Made by a program: the position numbers and the translations under genes. Below the pieces are notes generated by a model. That model searched no databases and was not told the DNA's origin. It saw nothing but the letters and a program-made list of their open reading frames with translations. Shown piece after piece: positions 20,535-31,178 of a stretch of DNA of 64,000 bases (its first letter is position 1; the number at the start of each line of letters is the position of its first letter). The stretch comes from Candidatus Marinacidobacterales bacterium (GTDB lineage Bacteria > Acidobacteriota > Vicinamibacteria > Marinacidobacterales > SMYC01), in contig CBDCYI010000004.1 in assembly GCA_965224085.1 (NCBI GenBank), positions 576,001 through 640,000 of the forward strand, in the 5' to 3' direction.

Positions 20535-21587
20535 CCTCACTCGTCTCGTGGATTCAGGACCGGTTGCCGGCCTCGCCCGGCGCTTTGCGCGAGCTCACGA
20601 ACGAGCCCGTCCCGAACCATCTGAAGAAGTGGTGGTTCGCGCTCGGGGGTACGCCGGCCTATCTCTTCATCGTCCAGATCGCGACCGGCATCTTGCTCGC
20701 CGTGTATTACGAGTCGAGCACGATTACCGCGTACGAGTCGGTCCGCGCCATCACCAACGATGTCTCTTATGGATGGTTTCTGCGAAGCCTTCACAAATGG
20801 GGCGCCACGCTCATGATCGCCGCGGTCATCCTCCATCAGATGCGCGTCTACTTCACCGGCGCCTATCGAAAGCCCCGCGAAATCAATTGGATGGTCGGGA
20901 TGACCATCCTCATCTCTGTTCTGATGCTGGGTTTCACCGGCTATAGCCTCGTCTATGAACAGCTGAGCTATTGGGGCGCCACCGTCGCGGCCAACATCAC
21001 CGGGAGCGTCCCCGTCGTGGGCGATTTCTTGCGGACGCTCCTCCTCGGCGGGGGACACCTATAGCCGTCACACATTGCCGCGATTCTTCATCCTCCACGC
21101 AGCGGTCCTCCCGGTCGCGCTCATTCTTCTGCTCGTCGTGCACATCGCGATCATTCGATTGCAAGGCGTGACGGAGCTTCAGTTCGAGGAAGAGAGCGAA
21201 AAACGCGAACAGGACAAGCACTTCAATTTCTTCCCCGACCATATGTACACGGAGCTCATCGTCGGCTTGTTCTTGATGATTCTACTGAGTGTGCTCGCGA
21301 CAATATTCCCCGCCACCGTCGGCGAGAAAGCAAACCCGCTGGTCACGCCGGAGGTAATCAAGCCGGAGTGGTTTTTCTACGTCACGTTTCGATGGCTCAA
21401 GCTCTTTTCGGGGACCTTCGCTGTCGTCTCGACGGGATTCATCGTCTTCATTATGTTCGGTTGGCCTTTCATCGACGACTGGATTCGCAGGAAAACACGA
21501 TTCACGGAAGCCAGTGTCTGGATAGGCATTCTCGCCGTACTCACTATCATCGGGATGACCGTCTGGGAAGCTTTGGTCGCGCACTAG
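20531..21587 (+). CDS. Cytochrome b (b6 + subunit IV-like); frameshift at the G-run near 21050
   Basis: Heme His pairs SLHKW...ILHQ and ILHAA...VVHI, plus SYWGA and KPEWFF. ORFs 20267-21064 and 21075-21587 join if one G is removed. Confidence 0.88.
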
Positions 21588-21604
21588 CCGGGGGCGCTCA
21601 CGCA

Positions 21605-23227
21605 ATGAATTTGAATCAAAAACGCACCGTTATCGCAGTACTCTCGCTCATCTTTCTTCTTTCGTTGCTGCTCGTGCAGCGGATGGAAGTCGCGCGGCGT
21701 TACGAGGAGATCGGCCTCGTCCCGGGACACGTTGCCGTTCCCGCCGAGTCGCAATCCTGTGTCGACTGTCACGGGCAGTCGACGCCCGGGATCGTCGACC
21801 ATTGGAAGGCGAGCACGCACGCGACGACGGGTGTGGGCTGTGTCGCCTGCCACCAAGCCCAGGAAGGCGACGCCGATACCTTCACCCATTATGGCGAGCA
21901 CATCGCGACCGTGGTCACACCGAATGATTGCTCGAGGTGCCACGGGGAAATCGTCGAAGAGTTTGCCCAGAGCCATCACGCGGCTGCCGGAAACATCCTC
22001 GCCTCTCTCGACAATTTTCTCGCCGAGACGGTCGAGGGTTCCCAATCGCCGTTCAGCCCGCACTCTCCGACTCCCGGCCGGCCGCAAATCCGGGAAGTCA
22101 ACGGTCTCGCGAGCGCTTTTTCGGGCTGCCAGCAATGCCACGGATCGAAGATCGCGCTTCGAGCGACGAGCGGCGATCCCATCACGGTCGACGATCTCGA
22201 GCCCGGCGCCGACGGCAAGCCTACGAACCTCGACGCGGTGGGTCGGATCTCGAGAGACGACAACGGCAAGCCCCGCTACCATTCCGGCAGCTGGCCGAAT
22301 ACCGGAATCGGCCGGCTCAATCTGGACGGCTCCCGCGGCTCGTGCTCCGCTTGTCACAGCCGGCACGATTTCTCGCCACGGCGCGCACGCCAACCCGAGA
22401 ACTGCGGCAAGTGCCACCTCGGCCCCGATCACCCTCAAAAAGAAATCTACGAAGAGTCGAAGCACGGCGTCGCCTATCGCGACCTCCGCGACCAGATGAA
22501 CTTGAACGCTGCCGATTGGGTGCTCGGGCGCGATTACTCCCAGGCGCCGACCTGCGCGACGTGCCACATGTCGGGACACTTGCGCAACGACGGCCGCATC
22601 ACCCACGATCCGGGCGAGCGTATCTCGTGGACCAACCGGCCTCCCATCAGTCTCGTCATGGACACGGATATCAACGGAGCGATCGTCAACGAGACGGACC
22701 CGGACAGGCGGCGCGACCTCATCTTCGACACCGCGGACAACAAGCGCAACCGAATGAAAGAAGTCTGCTCCCACTGCCACACGCCGGATTACGTCAACGG
22801 GTTCTATTCCCAGTACGACGATCTCGTCGTCCTCTATAACGAGAAGTTCGCCAAGCCGGGCAAAGCCATCATGGATGCGCTCGAGGCCGAAGGTCTCGTT
22901 ACACCGACACAATTCGACGACGAGATCGAGTGGACGTGGTTCTACTTGTGGCACCACGAGGGACGTAGAGCCCGCCACGGCGCCTCGATGATGGCGCCAG
23001 ACTATACCCACTGGCACGGGATGTTCGAAGTGGCTGAGCGTTTCTACATGGAGCTCATCCCGCAAGCGCGCGAACTCGCCGAGCACGGAGGCGCACGCGG
23101 TGCGCGCGTCAACCAAACCATCGATGCCATTCTCGGCCGGCCCGAACATGTCTGGTTGGAGGAAGGCGCCGAGGAAGCCATGCGGCGCATCCGCGAGAGC
23201 ATGGAAGAAAAGTACGAGATTCGTTAG
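21605..23227 (+). CDS. Membrane-anchored octaheme cytochrome c, hydroxylamine oxidoreductase (HAO) family
   Basis: Eight CxxCH motifs (CVDCH, CVACH, CSRCH, CQQCH, CSACH, CGKCH, CATCH, CSHCH), plus GPDHPQKEIYEESKHG and HGASMMAPDYTHWHG. Confidence 0.88.
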   Translation: MNLNQKRTVIAVLSLIFLLSLLLVQRMEVARRYEEIGLVPGHVAVPAESQSCVDCHGQSTPGIVDHWKASTHATTGVGCVACHQAQEGDADTFTHYGEHIATVVTPNDCSRCHGEIVEEFAQSHHAAAGNILASLDNFLAETVEGSQSPFSPHSPTPGRPQIREVNGLASAFSGCQQCHGSKIALRATSGDPITVDDLEPGADGKPTNLDAVGRISRDDNGKPRYHSGSWPNTGIGRLNLDGSRGSCSACHSRHDFSPRRARQPENCGKCHLGPDHPQKEIYEESKHGVAYRDLRDQMNLNAADWVLGRDYSQAPTCATCHMSGHLRNDGRITHDPGERISWTNRPPISLVMDTDINGAIVNETDPDRRRDLIFDTADNKRNRMKEVCSHCHTPDYVNGFYSQYDDLVVLYNEKFAKPGKAIMDALEAEGLVTPTQFDDEIEWTWFYLWHHEGRRARHGASMMAPDYTHWHGMFEVAERFYMELIPQARELAEHGGARGARVNQTIDAILGRPEHVWLEEGAEEAMRRIRESMEEKYEIR

Positions 23228-24183
23228 CCATGAACCTCGAAAGACGTCAGCGTCGCCTCGACTCTCGCGAGCGGCGCGGCGAAGAAAAACCCAAGGCCAA
23301 GCGCTACGGAGATGGCCCCGGCGACATAGCCGGCTGGGCGAGGCAGTGAGCGCACACGCATCACCGCCCATCTGAAGATAGGGCCAAGCGCGAGGAACGT
23401 CACATCCATCCCTACGATCGCGAGCACCACCGACACGATGTCGAGCTCGCCCGGGACCAGAGTCGACAAGCCGAGGCCATGCACCGATCCCGCCGCGACG
23501 GCCAAAGCCCGGACTTGACGACGATCGGCTTCCGGACGGAGCGCCTCGTTCGCGAGCAGCACCGTCGCGAGCGCGACGCCGAGTTCCGCGAGCGTGGGTG
23601 TGAGCCCAAACCCCAAGCGTGCGCAGACGAGCGCCGCCAGCTGGCCCGCTAGAAAACGGCTAACCAGCACCCGACTTCCAAGAAGCGCCAAGACGATGAT
23701 GAGCGCGACATGGACAAAGCTTTCGAAGACATGACGGATACCGAAGAGGACGCGGTTCTGGGCGTCTCGGAGGGACGCACCGAGCGCGGTGGCTTCGGGA
23801 AGACGCCAGATCTCTTCTCCCGAAGCAAATAGGTGAGCGTAGCTCTCGCCGGAAAGAAGCTCTACGCGCAAGACGGTAGCAAGGTTCGGGTTCACGAAGG
23901 GGAAATCGATCCCGACCTCTTGCCCTTCGAGCCCGACGGAACAGCGAAACGCTCGTCGAAACACCCAGGTCCCGGGTTGCTCTCGCACCGACGGCTCCCC
24001 TTGCGCTTCGCAACTTTGGGGAAGAACCGGTTGAGGCGCCGCTCGAACCGGGATGAGCTGCGGCACATGCCACTGCGCGAGAAAAAGACCGGGCTCTTGC
24101 TCGCGAAGTTGCAGCTGCACGGGACGAACGTCATCTGCCCGTAAAGTGTGAGCCGCCAGAAAAATCAGCGCGCACAGTCGCAC
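23224..24183 (-). pseudogene. HupE/UreJ-domain membrane protein, C-terminally truncated paralog of 39605-41803
   Basis: Same architecture (LREQEPG..., GIRH..H, GSVHGLG), but it ends where the paralog continues for about 400 aa. Confidence 0.6.
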
Positions 24184-24614
24184 GGATCTTACTGTCAGTG
24201 GTCTCACGCTGAGCCCGCAAGACAAACCCGTAGCCGCGACTCCGACCGAAAACAAAGCCCCGCTCTGGAAAGTGATCAATAAGCTGTAGCCTATCGTCTT
24301 TACAGGCTTTTTGGATAGAAGCTCTCACGACCAACTTGGCTCGCTCATTTGTCTTGTCCGGGGGGAGACCCGCGGCCAGGGTTAGCACAGATTGGCCCCT
24401 CCATAGCTCTTCACTCGCGAAACGCCTTCTGCATAGAACATGCAATACTAACCCGCACACGGATCACCCCGCGGGCGGGCTTACAACCGGCAGCGCAGTC
24501 ACAGCTGTTGGATTTCACACCATGTGTTGCTTTTCATTGGCCAGCTTAGTGTTGATATGTACGCGCTCGGACCTAACTTGCTAGTAGTCTGCACTTTGAG
24601 AGACGATTCTGGCT

Positions 24615-24629
24615 TGGCGCGATTCTTGC
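24615..24629 (+). promoter_or_regulatory. Sigma54 (-24/-12) promoter upstream of the cus operon
   Basis: TGGCGC-GATTC-TTGC, which gives GG-N10-GC spacing. Confidence 0.6.
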
Positions 24630-24671
24630 GATATGCTGGCGGTCAGTGAAGTTCACGCGTTTCGAAAAGGT

Positions 24672-26000
24672 ATGAAGCGGATGAGGATCGTCAACGTAGC
24701 TCTTTTGTTCAGTCTCGCGGCAAACGCCGGCGCCATGAGCGTGCAGGAGGAAGCGCCCTCCGAAGCTCCAGCGCCGCCGGAATTCTACGCGGCCGACGAC
24801 CGGTTGCGCGACTATATCGACGAGGCGCTCGAGCGCAACCCAGGCGTGCACGAGTCTTTCGGGCGCTACCGAGCCGCTTTGGAGCGAATCCCTCAGGTGG
24901 ACGCGCTGCCGGATCTCGTGCTCAGCTTCACGCAGGCGCTGCGAAGCACGGAGACGCGTGTCGGACCGGTGCGCAACAGCTTCACGCTGTCCCAAAGCTT
25001 CCCGTGGTTCGGTACCCTCGACTTGAAAGGCAAAGTCGCACTAAAGGACGCTCTCGCCGTATACGAGCTTTATCGGGCGCGCCAGCAGGAGATCATCGTC
25101 CAGGTCAAGCGGGCATTCTACGAGCTGGCCTACATCGATGCAGCGCTCGCCATCACCCATGAAGAGCAGTCGCTGCTCGAGCACTACGAGTCGCTTGCCG
25201 ATACGCGCTATGCGACAGGCCAGGGCCTGCAGCAGGCGGTCATCAAGATCCAGGCCGAGATCACGCGCGTACTCAACCGACTGGATCTTTTCGAGCAACA
25301 GCGAGCGACGATGGAAGCGCGTCTCAACACGCTGAGGGACCAGCCTCCACAGGATCCGATCGCAGACATCGATCGACTGTCGATCCCGGAGGTCAACGTC
25401 GACCTCGAGAGGCTCTATGCCCTCGGTCTCGAGAACCGGCAGGAACTCAAAGCCATCGAGCAGCGCATCGAGAGAAACGAAAGAGCCATCGATCTCGCGC
25501 AGAAGGATGGCTGGCCGGATTTTTTCGTCGGCTTCGGGTTCGTCAACATCGGGAATCGGTCGGATGAAGCCGGTATCATCAATCCGCCGCCCGACAATGG
25601 CAAAAACGCGGTAAGCCTTTCCGCCGGTATCACTATCCCGCTCTGGAGGGAAAAATACGATGCCGAGCTGCGCGAAGCGAGCGAAACGCTACGAGCCGAG
25701 CGCAGTAGCTTCGCGAACGTCCAAAACGAGATGGAGTTCTCGATTCGCGATCAGGTCGTACGACTCGAGACCCTCGGCGATCAGATCCGGTTGTTCGAAA
25801 CGGCACTCATCCCCCAGGCAGAGGAGACGCTGCGCGCGACCGAAGCCGCTTATGAAACAGGACAGCTCGGCGTGCTCGATCTTCTGGACAGCGAGCGCGT
25901 GCTCCTCGACGTTCGCGTCGTCAACGCTCGCTACTACTCCGATCTGTTAAATGCTTTGGCAAATCTAGAGCGAGCCATCGGAACGAGCGTTCCGAGGTGA
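24672..26000 (+). CDS. TolC/CusC-family outer membrane efflux protein
   Basis: Signal peptide; OEP repeats (ALERNP, LSQSFPWFG, AYETGQ..LDLLD). Confidence 0.88.
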   Translation: MKRMRIVNVALLFSLAANAGAMSVQEEAPSEAPAPPEFYAADDRLRDYIDEALERNPGVHESFGRYRAALERIPQVDALPDLVLSFTQALRSTETRVGPVRNSFTLSQSFPWFGTLDLKGKVALKDALAVYELYRARQQEIIVQVKRAFYELAYIDAALAITHEEQSLLEHYESLADTRYATGQGLQQAVIKIQAEITRVLNRLDLFEQQRATMEARLNTLRDQPPQDPIADIDRLSIPEVNVDLERLYALGLENRQELKAIEQRIERNERAIDLAQKDGWPDFFVGFGFVNIGNRSDEAGIINPPPDNGKNAVSLSAGITIPLWREKYDAELREASETLRAERSSFANVQNEMEFSIRDQVVRLETLGDQIRLFETALIPQAEETLRATEAAYETGQLGVLDLLDSERVLLDVRVVNARYYSDLLNALANLERAIGTSVPR

Positions 26001-26008
26001 GGTCATCC

Positions 26009-27373
26009 ATGAAAAAAGCAGTCTTCTTCATTAGCGCTTTTGTTTTCGGCGTTGGCTTCACGGTCTTCGTCCTGGCCAACCCGTTCGGGTGGTCCTGGCT
26101 GAGCCCGCTCGGAACGAGCGTTCTCGGTGGGGGTGGCGGCGAGATGGCGATGAACGAAACTGAGGCGTCCGAGAGCGAGCGAAAGATCAAGCACTGGCAA
26201 GCTCCCATGGACCCGACCTTCATCAGGGACGAGCCCGGGAAGTCTCCCATGGGCATGGACCTCATCCCGGTATACGAAGACGAAACGGACGACGTACCCG
26301 AAGGCGCGATCAAGATCGACCCGGCCTTCGTGCAGAATATCGGCGTTCAATCGCTCGCGATCGAGCGCGTCGACATTCCGTTCACGATCCGCACGGTCGG
26401 GACCCTGACCTACGACGACAAACAGCTCACCTGGGTGAACACCAAATACGATGGCTGGGTCGAGACCGTTTATGTGAACTACGTCGGTGAACCGGTAAGA
26501 AAGGGCCAGAAGCTTTTCGAGATTTATAGTCCCCAGCTCGTCACGACGCAAAAAGAGTATTTGCAGGCCCAGCAATATGCCCGCCGTATGGAGAGCACCG
26601 ACTACCCGGATATCGCGGCCCGGGCCAAGTCACTCGTGGCGTCGGCGCGTGACCGCCTCGGCTATTGGGACATCACCGATGAGCAGATCGCAGAGCTCGA
26701 AAAGAGCGGAGAGCTCAAGAGGACGCTCTCCGTGAATTCTCCCGTGGACGGCGTCGTCGTGGCGAAAATGGACCAGGCTCTCGAAGGCATGTTCGTCAAA
26801 GCAGGCATGAACCTGTACAAGCTCGCTGACCTGTCCACTATCTGGGTCGAGGTCGAGATTTTCGAGAATCAGGTGCCGTGGATGCGCCTCGGACAACGCG
26901 CGCTCGTCGAGCTTCCTTACGAGCCCGGTCAAGAATACGTGGGCCGCGTCCGCTACCTGTATCCGTTCTTCAACGAGAAGACGCGCACGATGAAGGTGTC
27001 CATCGAGCTTCAGAATCCGGGACAGAGACTCCGCGCGGAAATGTACGCGAATGTGGTCTTCGAGGTGCCCTCGGCGCGAAATGTTCTCGCTGTGCCCGAG
27101 GAGGCCGTCATTCACAGCGGCCAGCGGAACGTTGTCGTGCTGGATCGGGGCAACGCAACGTTTCAAGTTGCCGAAGTGACGCTCGGTGTGAACGGAAGCG
27201 GGCTGTGGGAGGTCAAGGAAGGGCTCGAGGACGGCGCCGTGGTCGTCGTCTCGGCACAGTTCCTCATCGATTCGGAGAGCAACCTTCAGGAAGCCATCCG
27301 CAAGATCATCTCGGACAAGGACACGTCGATAGAGCCGCCGAGCGCACCCATTCCGGAGCGCCAGCGCAACTAG
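26009..27373 (+). CDS. cusB: CusB-like membrane fusion protein with heavy-metal-binding domain
   Basis: WQAPMDPTFIRDEPGKSPMGMDLIP and QFLIDSES motifs. Confidence 0.85.
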   Translation: MKKAVFFISAFVFGVGFTVFVLANPFGWSWLSPLGTSVLGGGGGEMAMNETEASESERKIKHWQAPMDPTFIRDEPGKSPMGMDLIPVYEDETDDVPEGAIKIDPAFVQNIGVQSLAIERVDIPFTIRTVGTLTYDDKQLTWVNTKYDGWVETVYVNYVGEPVRKGQKLFEIYSPQLVTTQKEYLQAQQYARRMESTDYPDIAARAKSLVASARDRLGYWDITDEQIAELEKSGELKRTLSVNSPVDGVVVAKMDQALEGMFVKAGMNLYKLADLSTIWVEVEIFENQVPWMRLGQRALVELPYEPGQEYVGRVRYLYPFFNEKTRTMKVSIELQNPGQRLRAEMYANVVFEVPSARNVLAVPEEAVIHSGQRNVVVLDRGNATFQVAEVTLGVNGSGLWEVKEGLEDGAVVVVSAQFLIDSESNLQEAIRKIISDKDTSIEPPSAPIPERQRN

Positions 27374-27385
27374 GATGATGGCACG

Positions 27386-30300
27386 ATGCTAGAGAAGATC
27401 ATCGACTGGTCCATCGCGAACAAGTTCATGGTGATCCTAGGCTCGGGATTCGTGTCTCTCATGGGACTTGCCGCCGTCCAGAACACGCCGCTCGACGCCA
27501 TCCCGGATCTCTCCGACGTACAGGTGATCGTCTTCACGGAATATCCGGGGCAAGCGCCGCAAGTCGTCGAGGACCAGATCACCTACCCCATCACGACACA
27601 GATGCTCGCCGTCCCTTTTGCGAAAGTCGTGCGCGGCTATTCTTTTTTTGGATTCTCGTTCGTCTACATCATCTTCGAAGACGGAACCGACATGTACTGG
27701 GCGAGGAGCCGTGTGCTCGAGTACATGAACTATGTGAGCGGAGCCCTGCCAGAGGGGGTCAGCCCCACCCTCGGGCCCGATGCGACCGGTGTCGGATGGG
27801 CGTTCATATACGCCCTGAAGTCCAAGCAACGCAGCCTTGGAGATTTGCGAAGCATTCAGGACTGGTTCTTGAAGTACGAGCTCACCGCCGTTCAGGGCGT
27901 CTCCGAAGTGGCGAGCATCGGCGGCTTCGTCAAGCAATATCAGGTCACCGTCGACCCCAACAAGCTCCGGGCCTACGACATTTCTATTTCCAAGATTCGA
28001 AGGGCCATCCAGAGAAGCAACAACGACGTAGGGGGCCGCGTCCTGGAGATGTCAGAAACCGAGTTCATGATCCGAGGCGAGGGCTATATCCAGAACGTCG
28101 ACCACATCAAGGACATCGCACTCGGAGTGGACCAGAACGGAACACCCATTCTCTTGAAGGACGTGGGCACCGTGCAACGAGGGCCCGAGATGCGCCGGGG
28201 CCTCGCCGAGCTGAACGGCGAAGGAGAAGTCGTCGGCGGCATCATCGTCGTCCGCTACGGCGCCAATGCCTACGACGTCATCCAGAACGTGAAAGCGAAG
28301 CTCGAGAGTCTCCGCGCGGGTTTGCCCGACGACATCGAGATCGTGCCCGTCTACGATCGATCGGGGCTCATCGAGAGATCCGTCGAGACCCTCGCGGAAA
28401 AACTCATTGAGGAAAGCGTCGTCGTCGCGCTCGTCTGCATCATCTTTCTCTTTCACGTCCGCTCAGCGCTCGTCGCGATCCTGACGCTCCCGATCGCCAT
28501 CCTGATGGCCTTCATCGTCATGCAGCAGCAGGGGCTCAACGCCAACATCATGTCGCTCGGAGGGATCGCCATCGCTATCGGCGCGATGGTAGATGCGGCG
28601 ATCATCATGATCGAGAACGCGCACAAGCATCTCGAGCGTGAAAAAGGGGAGAAGGAGCACTGGCAGATCATTGCCGACGCCGCCAAAGAGGTCGGGCCCA
28701 CACTCTTTTACGCTCTACTCGTGATTACCGTCTCGTTCGTGCCGGTCTTCACCCTGGAAGCTCAGGAAGGAAGGCTCTTCAAACCGCTCGCTTTCACCAA
28801 GACCTACTCGATGGCCGCAGCGTCCATCCTCTCCATCACCCTCGTCCCGGTGCTCATGGGCTATTGGATCCGCGGCAGGATTCGCAGCGAGCATGAGAAT
28901 CCGATCAGCCGTTTTCTGATTTACGTCTACGACCCCATCCTACATTTCGTTCTGCGATTCAAATGGTCCCTGCTTCTCGTGGCCACGCTTCTCATGGCCA
29001 GCATGATCGTTCCCGTGCGCCGGCTGGGCTCCGAGTTCATGCCACCCTTGTGGGAAGGCGACATGCTCTACATGCCCACGACTTTCCCCGGTATCTCCAT
29101 CACGAAGGCAAGAGAGCTGCTCCAGCAAACGGACAAGATCATCGTCCAGTTTCCCGAAGTTCACCACGTTTTCGGCAAAGTCGGACGGGCCGATACCGCC
29201 ACGGATCCGGCGCCTCTATCCATGATCGAGACCACCATTACTTTGAAACCGGAATCCGAGTGGCGCCCGGGAATGACGATAGAAAAGCTTACCGAGGAGC
29301 TGAACCAAGCCCTTCAGTTTCCCGGGCTGACCAACGCCTGGACCATGCCCATCAAGACACGGATCGACATGCTTTCCACCGGGATCAAGACACCGGTGGG
29401 GATCAAGGTGGCGGGACCCGATCTCACGCGATTGCAGGAGATTGGCGAGGAAGTGGAGTCCGTGGTAAGCCGCGTACCAGGAACGCTCTCCGTCTATTCC
29501 GAGCGCGTCATGGGCGGCAACTACTTGAACTTCAGCATCCGTCGCGACGCGATCGCGCGCTACGGGCTGACGGTGGGCGACGTGCAGGATGTCATTCAGT
29601 CGGCGATCGGCGGTATGAACATCACGACCACCGTGGAAGGACTCGAGCGGTATCCCGTCAACCTGCGCTACAGCCGCGAGCTCCGGCACAATCTGCCGGC
29701 CCTGAAAGACATTCTCGTGCCGACCCCGACGGGGCAGCACATCCCGCTGGGCCAGCTGACAGACCTCGCCATCACCAAAGGCCCGCCCGCGATCAAGACC
29801 GAGAACTCGCGCCCCAACGCGTGGATCTATGTTGATATCACCGGTATTGATGTCGGCACGTATGTGACGATGGCCCAACAAGCGGTCGCGGAGAACGTGG
29901 ACATCCCGGATGGATACAGCATCGGCTGGAGCGGGCAGTACGAGTACATGGTGCGCGCGGAAGAGCGCCTCGAACTGGTCATCCCGCTGACGCTCGTAAT
30001 CATTTTCGTGATCATTTATACGAATACGAAGTCCATCTTCGAGACCCTCGTCGTTCTTCTGGCCGTGCCTTTTGCTCTCATCGGCGCGTTCTGGCTGATG
30101 TACTTCTTGGACTACAACTTGAGCATCGCGGTCTGGGTCGGGATCATCGCCCTCGCCGGTGTGAGCGCGGAGACCGGCGTCGTCATGCTGCTCTATCTCC
30201 AAGTCGCGTACGACGAGGCCGTGAGCAAGGGTTTGATGCGCCATAAACAGGACCTCGTGGATGCGGTGTATCAGGGGGCGGTGAGCCGGGTGCGGCCCAA

Positions 30301-30517
30301 GATCATGACGGCCAGCGTGATTATGGCGGGCCTCCTCCCTATCCTGTGGAGCCACGGATCCGGCGCCGATGTGATGAAGCGGATAGCCACCCCGATGGTC
30401 GGGGGCATGGTGACGTCAGTCATCGTCGTTCTCCTCGTCTACCCGGCGATCTACTACATCTGGAAAGGGTGGCGCCTGCCTGGGGAAGAGTCGGAAGAGG
30501 GCGCCGTCGCGAGCTGA
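27386..30517 (+). CDS. cusA: CusA/CzcA heavy-metal RND pump, Cu(I)/Ag(I) type
   Basis: DAIPDLSDVQV and GAMVDAA motifs; Met-triad contexts LYMPT, APLSMIET and RIDMLST. Confidence 0.92.
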   Translation: MLEKIIDWSIANKFMVILGSGFVSLMGLAAVQNTPLDAIPDLSDVQVIVFTEYPGQAPQVVEDQITYPITTQMLAVPFAKVVRGYSFFGFSFVYIIFEDGTDMYWARSRVLEYMNYVSGALPEGVSPTLGPDATGVGWAFIYALKSKQRSLGDLRSIQDWFLKYELTAVQGVSEVASIGGFVKQYQVTVDPNKLRAYDISISKIRRAIQRSNNDVGGRVLEMSETEFMIRGEGYIQNVDHIKDIALGVDQNGTPILLKDVGTVQRGPEMRRGLAELNGEGEVVGGIIVVRYGANAYDVIQNVKAKLESLRAGLPDDIEIVPVYDRSGLIERSVETLAEKLIEESVVVALVCIIFLFHVRSALVAILTLPIAILMAFIVMQQQGLNANIMSLGGIAIAIGAMVDAAIIMIENAHKHLEREKGEKEHWQIIADAAKEVGPTLFYALLVITVSFVPVFTLEAQEGRLFKPLAFTKTYSMAAASILSITLVPVLMGYWIRGRIRSEHENPISRFLIYVYDPILHFVLRFKWSLLLVATLLMASMIVPVRRLGSEFMPPLWEGDMLYMPTTFPGISITKARELLQQTDKIIVQFPEVHHVFGKVGRADTATDPAPLSMIETTITLKPESEWRPGMTIEKLTEELNQALQFPGLTNAWTMPIKTRIDMLSTGIKTPVGIKVAGPDLTRLQEIGEEVESVVSRVPGTLSVYSERVMGGNYLNFSIRRDAIARYGLTVGDVQDVIQSAIGGMNITTTVEGLERYPVNLRYSRELRHNLPALKDILVPTPTGQHIPLGQLTDLAITKGPPAIKTENSRPNAWIYVDITGIDVGTYVTMAQQAVAENVDIPDGYSIGWSGQYEYMVRAEERLELVIPLTLVIIFVIIYTNTKSIFETLVVLLAVPFALIGAFWLMYFLDYNLSIAVWVGIIALAGVSAETGVVMLLYLQVAYDEAVSKGLMRHKQDLVDAVYQGAVSRVRPKIMTASVIMAGLLPILWSHGSGADVMKRIATPMVGGMVTSVIVVLLVYPAIYYIWKGWRLPGEESEEGAVAS

Positions 30518-30652
30518 GGAGACCGCCGGGATGTCCATGAAATCCAATGCCGCAGAAGCTCACCCGTCGGGGCGATGCACTGACATAAACGAGTGCTATT
30601 GCGCTACGATGCACGTGCCCAGCGTCGTTCTAACGTTTACGAGGTGACAAAC

Positions 30653-31132
30653 ATGGCGAAGCGAATCCTGCACGCGTTGGCCGCGTTGGCTCTCGTGGCC
30701 GCCGTCAGCGCGGTCCTTTACGTTGAGTGGGACGAGCCTGATACGTGTGACATCTGCTACCGTTCGATGCACCAGGAGACGTTCTATCGTATCCATCTCG
30801 AAAGCGGCGCGTCGAAGGACGCTTGCTGTCCCCGGTGCGGTCTCCGGTTTCAGGAAGGCAGAGACGATGTCGTGGCGACGGAGGTGACCGATTTTTATTC
30901 GAGACAGCACATCGACGCCGCCGTCGCCTACTATGTGGAAGGCAGTCCCGTGCACTTCTGTAGCCACGCGAGTGTGCGGGAGGATCGCTCCGGCGGACAG
31001 TACGAGGTCGCCTGGGATCGCTGCCTTCCGAGTCTAATCTCCTTCTCATCCAGAGAAGCTGCACAGAAGTTCCAAAAAGAAAACGGCGGCGATATCAAGA
31101 CATACGCGACGCTCCTGGCAGAGCACTTCTGA
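30653..31132 (+). CDS. NosL-like periplasmic copper-binding protein
   Basis: CDICYRSM, CCPRC, VTDFYS, AYYVEGS and F...E.AQKFQKENGG pattern; N-terminal TM/signal. Confidence 0.65.
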   Translation: MAKRILHALAALALVAAVSAVLYVEWDEPDTCDICYRSMHQETFYRIHLESGASKDACCPRCGLRFQEGRDDVVATEVTDFYSRQHIDAAVAYYVEGSPVHFCSHASVREDRSGGQYEVAWDRCLPSLISFSSREAAQKFQKENGGDIKTYATLLAEHF

Positions 31133-31178
31133 CCCCAAACTGGGCGCTCACCGCTGGTCATGTCATGTCAGTGTCATG

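Noticed and set aside
21045-21064. Split cytochrome b as a real b6/subunit IV split or a programmed frameshift
   Set aside because: The break falls in a G-run before helix D, not at the natural split point, and removing one G restores GGDTYSRHTLPRFF. Most likely a sequencing error.
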